NCBI GenBank assembly: GCA_031550435.1
Contig: JAVBOO010000005.1
Span: 34,405 to 98,404 of the forward strand
DNA: 64,000 nucleotides
Reading direction: 5' to 3'
Source: Eubacteriales bacterium
Lineage (GTDB): Bacteria; Bacillota; Clostridia; Lachnospirales; WRAX01
A program made the position numbers and the translations under genes. Positions within the stretch are counted from its first letter, which is position 1, and each line of letters opens with the position of its first letter. The notes under the pieces are model-generated. The model was given only the letters and a program-made list of their open reading frames with translations. It ran no database searches and had not been told where the DNA came from. Of the stretch, positions 56,773-64,000 are shown one piece after another.

Positions 56773-58115
56773 TATTTAACCTCACCCGCCTTTCTGACGA
56801 ATTCGTCAATCTGCTGTTTTGTTCTCTTCTCCGTAACCGCAATGACGATGCAGTTATCAAGACCGGTTTCGCATAAAACTATTCCGGGCATGAAGCCGTT
56901 ATCGATCATTCTGTGTCTGAAACCGTGTACATCTCCTTTATACTTCAATGTGAACTCCTTGAAGAACGGGCCGTCGAATACCGCTTCAAACTTACCTGTT
57001 TTCAGCAGCTCGTTATACATATAGTGAGATTTGTGGAAACAAAGTTCGGCTGTTCTTGCAAAGCCTTCTTTCCCCATCGTTGAAAGATATATCGTCGCTC
57101 TGAGTGAACAAAGCGCTTGATTGGAACAAATATTGGATGTAGCCTTTTCGCGTCTGATATGCTGTTCCCTGGCCTGCATCGTGAGAACATATCCGCGTTT
57201 TCCGTCCTTGTCGGTTGTCTCACCGACGATTCTTCCGGGCATTTTACGGATATAATCGGACTTGCATGCGAAAAATCCGAAGCCCGGTCCGCCGAAGTTC
57301 ATCGGATTGCCAAGCGCTTGACCCTCACCTACTACAATGTCCGCACCGAGTTCGCCCGGTGTCGCGAGCATGCCTATAGAAATAGGGTCAACACAGGCAA
57401 CGGTAAGCGCGCCGCATTTTTTTGCCGCCGCCGAAATATCGGCTATGTCCTCAATGATGCCGAAATAGTTGGGGCTCTGAACAACAACTGCCGCCGTGTT
57501 TTCGCTTACGGCAGCCGTCAATTCCGAAAGGGAGACTGTCCCACTCTTTTTGTCAAAACCGACTGTTTTTACCGTGATATCTCTGAAACCGGCATAAGTT
57601 TTGCATGTTTCAAGATACTCGGGGTTGAGAGAGCCGAGTATGACAACTTCGTTTCTGTCCGTATGGCCGGAAGCCATAATCATCGCTTCGGCGCAAGCTG
57701 ACGCCCCGTCATACATCGAAGCATTCGAAACATCCATGCCGGTAAGTCTAGATATAAGCGTCTGGTACTCAAAGATTACCTGTAATGTTCCCTGGCTCAT
57801 TTCCGCTTGATACGGCGTATATGCCGTATAAAACTCCTGTCTGCCGGAAACGTGATCAACTATAGAAGGTATATAGTGGTCGTAGATGCCTCCGCCGTTA
57901 AAGCAAACATGCGTATCCGCGCTTATGTTTTTCGCGGCAAGAGTTTTAAGGCTTTCGATAACTTCGAACTCGCTTTTCCCGTCCTCTATTTTAAGATCGC
58001 CTTTTAATCTGAGATTAGCGGGAATGTCCTTGAACAGCGCTTCAACATCGCTTGCGCCGATTAACTTGAGCATCTCCGCCCTGTCTTTATCCGTGTTAGG
58101 TATATAACTGTACAT
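56772..58115 (-). CDS. gcvPA: Glycine dehydrogenase (decarboxylating) subunit 1
   Basis: [13 protein letters not shown].., [13 protein letters not shown]... GGAGG RBS before the ATG at 58115. Confidence 0.95.
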   Translation of the reverse strand: MYSYIPNTDKDRAEMLKLIGASDVEALFKDIPANLRLKGDLKIEDGKSEFEVIESLKTLAAKNISADTHVCFNGGGIYDHYIPSIVDHVSGRQEFYTAYTPYQAEMSQGTLQVIFEYQTLISRLTGMDVSNASMYDGASACAEAMIMASGHTDRNEVVILGSLNPEYLETCKTYAGFRDITVKTVGFDKKSGTVSLSELTAAVSENTAAVVVQSPNYFGIIEDIADISAAAKKCGALTVACVDPISIGMLATPGELGADIVVGEGQALGNPMNFGGPGFGFFACKSDYIRKMPGRIVGETTDKDGKRGYVLTMQAREQHIRREKATSNICSNQALCSLRATIYLSTMGKEGFARTAELCFHKSHYMYNELLKTGKFEAVFDGPFFKEFTLKYKGDVHGFRHRMIDNGFMPGIVLCETGLDNCIVIAVTEKRTKQQIDEFVRKAGEVK

Positions 58116-58165
58116 AGAACCTCCAAATTTAAACTCGGGTAGCCCGTTGTGCATCAGGCGGCTTA

Positions 58166-58543
58166 CTATTGTTTTTTGCAGAAGTCTTCGTAGTCTGCGT
58201 AGCCGAGAAGCGTTTCAAGCTCCGAAACATTTGAAAGCTCGATAGCCGCTACCCAGTTTTCATAAGGAGCTTCGTTGAGGAGCTGAGGCTCGTCATTAAG
58301 AGCATCGTTGGTTTTAACGACCTTGCCGCTTACCGGACAAATAATGTCGGAAACAGCCTTAACCGATTCAACTGAAGCAAAAACTTTATTCGCGGTAACT
58401 ATTGCACCGTTTTTGGGAAGCTCTACGAATACGATATCGCCGAGAGAGTGCTGAGCAAAATCACTGATGCCGACATATGCGATATTTCCTTCTACGTTTA
58501 CCCATTCGTGGTCTTTTGTGTACTTTAAGCTTTCAGCGTTCAT
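58166..58543 (-). CDS. gcvH: Glycine cleavage system H protein
   Basis: YTKDHEWV.. and the lipoyl-Lys context ESVKAVSD. Confidence 0.95.
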   Translation of the reverse strand: MNAESLKYTKDHEWVNVEGNIAYVGISDFAQHSLGDIVFVELPKNGAIVTANKVFASVESVKAVSDIICPVSGKVVKTNDALNDEPQLLNEAPYENWVAAIELSNVSELETLLGYADYEDFCKKQ

Positions 58544-58648
58544 TTTTTTCCTCCTAATTTAGGTTAATTTGGTAGATGCTGATTTACTGACCTTGCAGAC
58601 ACTCGGCCTCTTAGGCCTGTCCGCTTAATCGGCGCTTGGCTTGCCTGC

Positions 58649-59761
58649 CTACTTTTGAAGCGTCTTTTTCTTATAAAAAGGTATTTTAACTATTTTCGCC
58701 GGTACCCGGTTATCTCTTATAACAACGTCAACCTCTGTTCCGACCTTGGCAAACGCAGTATCGATAAGAACCATCGCAAGACCTTTTTTAAACGTCGGTG
58801 AGTGCGTACCGCTTGTGATATAGCCGATATCCGCGCCGTCTTTTTCAATTCTGTAGTCCGCTCTGGGAACACCTTTTCCGATAAGCTCGAGCCCGATAAG
58901 CTTTTTCTTCGCGCCGTTAACAACCTGCTCTTCTATAACCGGCTTTCCGCAGAAATCGCCCTTGTCAATTTTCGTGAAGAATTTAAGGCTTGCTTCTATA
59001 GGAGTGATGGTGTCGCTGATCTCGTGACCGTATAACGGAAGACCGGCTTCAAATCTGAGGGTATCTCTCGCTCCGAGTCCGACCGGGCAAAGTCCGAACG
59101 GTTTTCCCGCCTCAAGAATCTTGTTCCAAACTTTTTCAACCTGCGTCGTGCAGCAGTATACTTCAAAGCCGTCTTCGCCCGTATAGCCCGTGCGCGAAAC
59201 GATTGCGCTGACTCCGTCTATTGTCAGATAGTCATAGAAGAAGAATTCGATTTTGTTTAAATCGTAATCAACGAGTGTCTGAAGTATCTCTTGAGCACAG
59301 GGGCCTTGGAGGGCAATTTGAGCATATTGAGCGGACTGATTTTCCACTTTCACGCTTCCTCCGGACAGCTTTGCAAACTTTTTCTCAAACCACGCGAAGT
59401 CCTTGTCACTGTTGCTTGCGTTAACAACAAGCAAGAACTCTTCGTCGCTCATCATATAAATGAGCATATCGTCAACAACACCGCCGTTGTCGTTTGGTAT
59501 AAGTGTATAAATGACTTTCTTGGGAACGAGCAGGTTTACATCGTTTGTTACGAGCATATTAAGGTACTTTTTAGCGTCCTTGCCGGTTACGAGTATTTCA
59601 CCCATGTGAGACACGTCAAACAATCCGGCTTTTTCTCTCGTTGTCGTATGCTCTTCAATAATCGAGCTGTACTGCACCGGCATCTCCCAGCCGCCAAAAT
59701 CAACGAGCTTTGCTCCGAGATTTTTGTGGGCTTCAAAAAGAGGCGTTCTCTTTAATTCCAT
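58649..59761 (-). CDS. gcvT: Aminomethyltransferase (glycine cleavage T protein)
   Basis: LKRTPLFEAH..GAKLVDFGGWEMPVQY. Confidence 0.95.
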   Translation of the reverse strand: MELKRTPLFEAHKNLGAKLVDFGGWEMPVQYSSIIEEHTTTREKAGLFDVSHMGEILVTGKDAKKYLNMLVTNDVNLLVPKKVIYTLIPNDNGGVVDDMLIYMMSDEEFLLVVNASNSDKDFAWFEKKFAKLSGGSVKVENQSAQYAQIALQGPCAQEILQTLVDYDLNKIEFFFYDYLTIDGVSAIVSRTGYTGEDGFEVYCCTTQVEKVWNKILEAGKPFGLCPVGLGARDTLRFEAGLPLYGHEISDTITPIEASLKFFTKIDKGDFCGKPVIEEQVVNGAKKKLIGLELIGKGVPRADYRIEKDGADIGYITSGTHSPTFKKGLAMVLIDTAFAKVGTEVDVVIRDNRVPAKIVKIPFYKKKTLQK

Positions 59762-59779
59762 TTTCATTCTTCCTTTCAA

Positions 59780-60005
59780 ACAATAATAAAGGACAGCTAA
59801 AATAAGCCGTCCTTAACCTGTCATTGTGCTTATGTACCTGAGAGATTCGGAAAAGTCCTTGCTCCTTCGGTGCGGAAAAAACCGCTTTTCAGGGTGCCGT
59901 CAAACTGCTGTCCTTTTACCTGAAAGTATCACCGTGCTTGACAGGCACGGCTTACATCTTCGGTCACGCGCAAGCGTCGTCTCCGGCAGTTATCACCCGG
60001 CTAAT
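59780..60005 (-). promoter_or_regulatory. Tandem glycine riboswitch with terminator expression platform
   Basis: Minus strand, aptamer 1: CCGGAGA..GACCGAAG..CAGGTAAAAGGAC. Aptamer 2: CACCGAAGGAGCAA..CTCTCAGG..GACAGG. The terminator aggacggc..gctgtcct plus T run is at 59813-59780. Confidence 0.75.
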
Positions 60006-60244
60006 ATTCAGTTTTGAGTGTTTAAGTTTATAGCAGTTTGTGCTTTGCGTCTCTTTAATAAGACCGGTGCCAAAATGCTCGAGATTCACTTCCCGCAAGT
60101 CTCGGCAGACATAGCAAACGCTGTTAACCGACCTACGTTTGCACAACATACACAGTATATATTTGCCGGAATGCGTTGTCAAGAAAAATCACTTGTACGA
60201 CGGCACAACTTGAATAATGACGCTAATAAAGCCGGCAAAATTGC

Positions 60245-60278
60245 AAAAACCCGCGCGGCTCGGCCGCTGCGGGTTTTT
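60245..60278. terminator. Bidirectional terminator after xth
   Basis: aaaaacccgcgcggc-tcg-gccgctgcgggttttt. Confidence 0.6.
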
Positions 60279-60302
60279 ACAGTTAAGTAAGTGCTCCTAA
60301 GT

Positions 60303-61052
60303 CTAAATTTCCAGAGCCACGGGGCAATGGTCGCTTCCGTGTATATGCGGAAGTATCTCCGCCGCCTTAATTTCCGGCGCGATTTCATCGGAAACCAGAA
60401 AATAGTCAATACGCCAACCGACGTTTTTTTCACGCGCGTTCATTCTGTATGACCACCAGCTGTAAGCCTGAGTTTTATCCGGATACAAAAAGCGAAAACT
60501 ATCCTTGAATCCCGTGGCAAGCAGCTGAGTCAGCTTGCCGCGTTCCTCGTCCGTAAATCCCGCATTTTTGCGGTTTGATTTCGGATGCGTCAAGTCTATT
60601 TCGCTATGAGCAACGTTCAGGTCTCCGCAGATTACAACGGGTTTTTTCTTTCTCAGATTATTTACATAGTCCGAAAACGCTTCTTCCCAGCTCATTCGGT
60701 ATGCGAGTCTTTTCAGTTCCTCCTGAGAGTTCGGCGTATAAACGTTAACAAGGTAAAAACGCTCAAACTCAAGAGTTACGGTTCTGCCCTCAGTGTCGTG
60801 TTCCTCGATTCCGATGCCGTAAAAAAACGACAGCGGCTCGACGCGTGTAAATACAGCCGTACCCGAATAGCCTTTTTTGATTGCCGAATTCCAGTATTCC
60901 TTATAGCCTTCAAAACCGTGTTCCCATTGTTCTTTCTGCATTTTCGTTTCCTGAACGCAAAAAACATCCGCATCCATACTTAAAAACGCTTCTTCAAAAC
61001 CCTTTGTCATACAAGCCCTAAGGCCGTTTACGTTCCAAGATACAAGCCTCAT
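60303..61052 (-). CDS. xth: Exodeoxyribonuclease III
   Basis: MRLVSWNVNGLRA.., QETK, GDLNVAH, and SDHCPV at the C-terminus. Confidence 0.9.
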   Translation of the reverse strand: MRLVSWNVNGLRACMTKGFEEAFLSMDADVFCVQETKMQKEQWEHGFEGYKEYWNSAIKKGYSGTAVFTRVEPLSFFYGIGIEEHDTEGRTVTLEFERFYLVNVYTPNSQEELKRLAYRMSWEEAFSDYVNNLRKKKPVVICGDLNVAHSEIDLTHPKSNRKNAGFTDEERGKLTQLLATGFKDSFRFLYPDKTQAYSWWSYRMNAREKNVGWRIDYFLVSDEIAPEIKAAEILPHIHGSDHCPVALEI

Positions 61053-61092
61053 TTGTTTGCAGGTTTCCTCTCGTGTTTATTTCCCGTTTGCT

Positions 61093-61455
61093 CTATTTTG
61101 CGGCTTCGAATGTCACCTGCTCGGCATCGCGCCAAATCGCGTCCAAGTTATAGAATTCTCTCTCTTCCGGACAGAAAAGATGTACTATAATCGTACCGAA
61201 GTCCAGAAGTATCCACTTCGAACCCTTATAATCTTCAGTATGCCGCAGGTTAATGCCGAACTCGTGAAGCTTTTTTTCGACTTCATCGGCGATCGCACGG
61301 ATCTGAGTTATACCGCTGCCTGTTGCAATGATGAAATAATCGGCAAGTATCGAAATCTTGCCTACCTTAAGAACAACTATGTCCTGGCCGAATTTATCGT
61401 CGATAGCCTTGTAAGCGGCTTGAATAGCCTCTGTTAAATCTCCTTTTTTTGTCAC
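61093..61455 (-). CDS. rsfS: Ribosome silencing factor RsfS
   Basis: ILADYFIIATGSG..WILLDFGTIIVHLF pattern. GTG start. Confidence 0.85.
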   Translation of the reverse strand: MTKKGDLTEAIQAAYKAIDDKFGQDIVVLKVGKISILADYFIIATGSGITQIRAIADEVEKKLHEFGINLRHTEDYKGSKWILLDFGTIIVHLFCPEEREFYNLDAIWRDAEQVTFEAAK

Positions 61456-61526
61456 CGGAGCTTGTCCTGCCTTTCGTAATTTAAATTGCCTAAAGCTTAA
61501 CTTTTAGGCCTGTTCGGTAAATCTGT

Positions 61527-62729
61527 TTACGGAAGAATGTTGCCGTAGTATTCCATAGTCTTATAGCTTGCTTCGTTTATTTGCTTGCCTCTTGCCCTTG
61601 CAAAAGATAACTTTGACCGCAGACAAAACAAAACCGCTTTGTCGATGTTTTCCGAAGCAACAACTCTCAAAGCCTCGGCATGTTCTCCTCGCGTCGGCTC
61701 CGTCGAATCGGCAACGAAAAGTATTTTTTCGTAGATATTCATCCCGGCTTTTCCAAGGGTATGGTGCCTGACAGCGTCTAGCACTTCCCTGTCTTTGATG
61801 CCGAAACTGTGTTCCGCAAGCAGCGCGCCGACGGGCGCATGTTTAAGTTCCGAGCCTTCGAGTGAGCTCGTGTTTTCTCCGTATTTCTCGGCAAGCTCGT
61901 CGAGCTCGTCTATAGTATAACACTTTGCGCAATCATGCACAAGAGCGGAAAGAAAGCATTTTTCGCGCTCCGCTCCGTAAAGCCCGGCAAGCCTCACAGC
62001 TGCGTATACCGTTCCCAGTGTGTGGTTAAACCGTTTCGGGCTGAGCGTCCTTTTGAGTTCGTCTGCTATATACGAGTATTTCTCTCTAGCTTCTTTTTCT
62101 ATTTTATTAAACATACCGTAAACCCCGTTTTTATGAATATATTCGCTTACCGCATCGGGCACAAGAAAATCCAGGGGGCTTCCTTCCGCCGCCGCCGCTC
62201 TCAAAGCAGTTGAAGATAAATCAACCCCTTGAACCGTAAGAAGGCGTATTCCCGAGCCGTATTCGGCGTTTATTGCGTCGATTTCAGATACGACCGCCGC
62301 CGAGTCGCAGCCGGGACGGTTTACGACGACAAAAACGGCAAGCTTCAATAAATCGGCGAGATCTTTCCATTTTCGCAAGTACAAAAGCATATCCGCTCCG
62401 ATTATGAAAAATATCTTCGCGCCGGGATGCAAAGAGCCGATTTCCCTCAGTGTGTCAACCGTGTAACTTTTCCCTTCCCTCATTAGCTCGATGTCGGAAA
62501 CCTCAAAGCCCTGTAAACCTCCGACCGCAAGCCGTGTCATCTCAAGGCGAACCGATGAATCCGTCACGGTTTGCCCGTGTTTGTGAGGAGGAGCGCCGGC
62601 GGGTATCATGAGCATCTTATGGAGCTCGTATTCATAGAACACCGCCTTTGCCGCCGCCAAATGACCAAAATGCGGCGGGTCGAATGTCCCTCCTAAGCAG
62701 CCTATGCGTAGTGATCTCAAATCTATCAC
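61527..62729 (-). CDS. nadD: Fusion protein: nicotinate-nucleotide adenylyltransferase (NadD) plus YqeK-type HD phosphohydrolase
   Basis: The N-terminal half has GGTFDPPHFGHL. The C-terminal half has RFNHTLGT..LVHDCAK..RHHT..ADSTEP (YqeK HD pattern). It is a single 400-aa ORF. Confidence 0.85.
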   Translation of the reverse strand: MIDLRSLRIGCLGGTFDPPHFGHLAAAKAVFYEYELHKMLMIPAGAPPHKHGQTVTDSSVRLEMTRLAVGGLQGFEVSDIELMREGKSYTVDTLREIGSLHPGAKIFFIIGADMLLYLRKWKDLADLLKLAVFVVVNRPGCDSAAVVSEIDAINAEYGSGIRLLTVQGVDLSSTALRAAAAEGSPLDFLVPDAVSEYIHKNGVYGMFNKIEKEAREKYSYIADELKRTLSPKRFNHTLGTVYAAVRLAGLYGAEREKCFLSALVHDCAKCYTIDELDELAEKYGENTSSLEGSELKHAPVGALLAEHSFGIKDREVLDAVRHHTLGKAGMNIYEKILFVADSTEPTRGEHAEALRVVASENIDKAVLFCLRSKLSFARARGKQINEASYKTMEYYGNILP

Positions 62730-63101
62730 CTATTTTCTTTCGAGTATCATACCGTCTATTATATCGGCCACATCTCCGATTACGTTTTCACAAGGAAACT
62801 CGCTGTCGGGTTTGTTCCGTATCTTAATACAGTCAAGACAGCCGTGCCGTGTTCGTATTTCAGACAAAAGTAAAAGCCTCAGCCTGACAACCCTGTCTTC
62901 GTCAAACATTGCGCCCAGTATCATTATTCCCGCAACAAGGCAGCAGCAAACGCAGCCCGATCCAAACCCCATCGAAATTCCTTCGCACATTTTCATAATG
63001 TATGGAGTAATTTTGATTCCGTATTTTTCTTTCGCGGCCTCAAGCAGGCATTGAGAACAGTTGAAGCCGTTGTTAAACAGCTCGATAGCTCTGGCTCTCA
63101 T
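62730..63101 (-). CDS. C_GCAxxG_C_C family protein
   Basis: FNCSQCLLEA.. and GSGCVCCCLVAG Cys-rich motifs. GGAGGTG RBS before the ATG at 63101. Confidence 0.7.
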   Translation of the reverse strand: MRARAIELFNNGFNCSQCLLEAAKEKYGIKITPYIMKMCEGISMGFGSGCVCCCLVAGIMILGAMFDEDRVVRLRLLLLSEIRTRHGCLDCIKIRNKPDSEFPCENVIGDVADIIDGMILERK

Positions 63102-63452
63102 GCGCTCACCTCCGAACAATCAGACCCCTGTAACGCGAATTCTTGTGCCGCTTATGTCCGCCGGAAACTGTAACTCGCCGGCGCGATAATAGGCATTTCT
63201 AAAAAATCCGCGAAACCGTAATAACATTCTATTCGCAAATGCGTCAAATGGTACAGGCTGAGACCTGAAAACGGAAATAAACAACAGATAACATAGCGCC
63301 ACGCATACGTTCGGTTTTTATTAACCCCCTGGTTAAATCGTGAGCAATCTAGTCTTTGCCTTGAACCCAAATGATTAAAGGGTGAGGATTGACAAAAGAA
63401 CTATGCTCTCGATTATATCACATCATCATTTTTTTACAACAGTTTGACTTTT

Positions 63453-63459
63453 TGTCGAA
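63453..63459 (+). promoter_or_regulatory. Consensus Spo0A box TGTCGAA upstream of spoIIAA
   Basis: Exact 7-mer match 139 nt upstream of the spoIIAA ATG. A GGACAT-N16-GAAT sigma-H-like arrangement follows at about 63488-63513. Confidence 0.35.
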
Positions 63460-63597
63460 CAAAGCACTGTTACGGCGTATTTTGCGGACATGCTTTTGTT
63501 GCATTTTGAATATCTTGTATGTATTATGTAAATACCGATTATGTAACTACTGATTATGAGGACAAGCATACTTGCATTTTCGACCAAGGAGGACTTA

Positions 63598-63933
63598 ATG
63601 GAGCCTATCATATACGAAAAAGGCAAATTTTTCTCGATAGAACTCAGCGGCGAACTTGACCACCATTACGCTGCCGAAATTCGCGACAAGGTTGACCGAA
63701 AATTTTATAAAAGCGCCTGCAAAGACATGGTTGTAGACTTTTCGGACGTCACATTCATGGATTCGTCCGGTATCGGGCTTTTGATAGGACGCTACAAAAA
63801 CGTTAAGGAAAAAGGCGGCAAAATGTACGCCGTAAATCTCAATCCGTCGATAAAGCGGATGTTTGATATGGCCGGGCTGAGAAAGATAATCGACTGCGCG
63901 GAAAGCGTTGACGACTTAGACAGGGGGCGGTAA
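63598..63933 (+). CDS. spoIIAA: Anti-sigma-F factor antagonist (STAS domain)
   Basis: FMDSSGIGLLIGRY with the phosphorylatable Ser. AAGGAGG RBS. It is followed directly by a spoIIAB-like start. Confidence 0.85.
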   Translation: MEPIIYEKGKFFSIELSGELDHHYAAEIRDKVDRKFYKSACKDMVVDFSDVTFMDSSGIGLLIGRYKNVKEKGGKMYAVNLNPSIKRMFDMAGLRKIIDCAESVDDLDRGR

Positions 63934-63934
63934 C

Positions 63935-64000
63935 ATGGAAAACGAAGTCATAATGAGCGTAAAGGCAAAATCTCAAAACGAAGCGTTTGTGCGTGTTGCG
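63935..64000 (+). CDS. spoIIAB: Anti-sigma-F factor SpoIIAB, N-terminal fragment (continues past the window end)
   Basis: MENEVIMSVKAKSQNEAFVRVA resembles the SpoIIAB N-terminus (..SQNESFARV..). The ATG lies 1 nt after the spoIIAA stop. Confidence 0.7.
   Translation, partial: MENEVIMSVKAKSQNEAFVRVA

Noticed and set aside
63120-63626. Three small minus-strand ORFs (60-72 aa)
   Set aside because: They have no RBS, they overlap one another, and their composition is non-coding-like. They sit in the spoIIA promoter and leader region.

Overview
The window looks like chromosomal DNA from an endospore-forming Firmicute, probably class Clostridia. Sporulation markers are spoIIE, the start of spoIIAA-spoIIAB, yyaC, pdaA and whiA followed by a crh-like gene. 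Most of the window is ordinary housekeeping sequence with dense coding on both strands.

Main gene content:
- **Metabolism:** a glycine-riboswitch-led gcvT-gcvH-gcvPA-gcvPB-lpd-glyA cluster, tkt, pgi, nagB, hbd and an aspartate-type aminotransferase.
- **Translation, DNA and cofactor maintenance:** T-box-led proS, rlmI, rnz, rsfS, a nadD-yqeK fusion, recD2, xth, a Xer-like recombinase and a TtcA-like protein.
- **Stress regulation:** gpx-ohrR and a PerR/Fur-like regulator.
- **Transport:** a 5-gene Opp/Dpp-type ABC importer with atypically large components.
- **Signalling:** an orphan AgrC-type kinase, a stand-alone receiver, an HD-GYP protein next to an output-less GAF-PAS-PAS sensor, and an 1195-aa hybrid kinase.

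I found no CRISPR array, tRNA or rRNA gene, IS element, prophage or recognisable defence island.

What the gene calls do not explain:
- Two families of dispersed or tandem intergenic repeats, one at about 731/44000 and the other at about 10966-11277/29056.
- Several long non-coding gaps.
- Unusual domain architectures in the Opp-like system, the NadD-YqeK fusion and a Crh-like protein with Glu at the His15 position.
- Signalling proteins that have no obvious partner.

None of these amounts to a clear-cut novel system on sequence alone. They are offered as hypotheses, each with a stated check.
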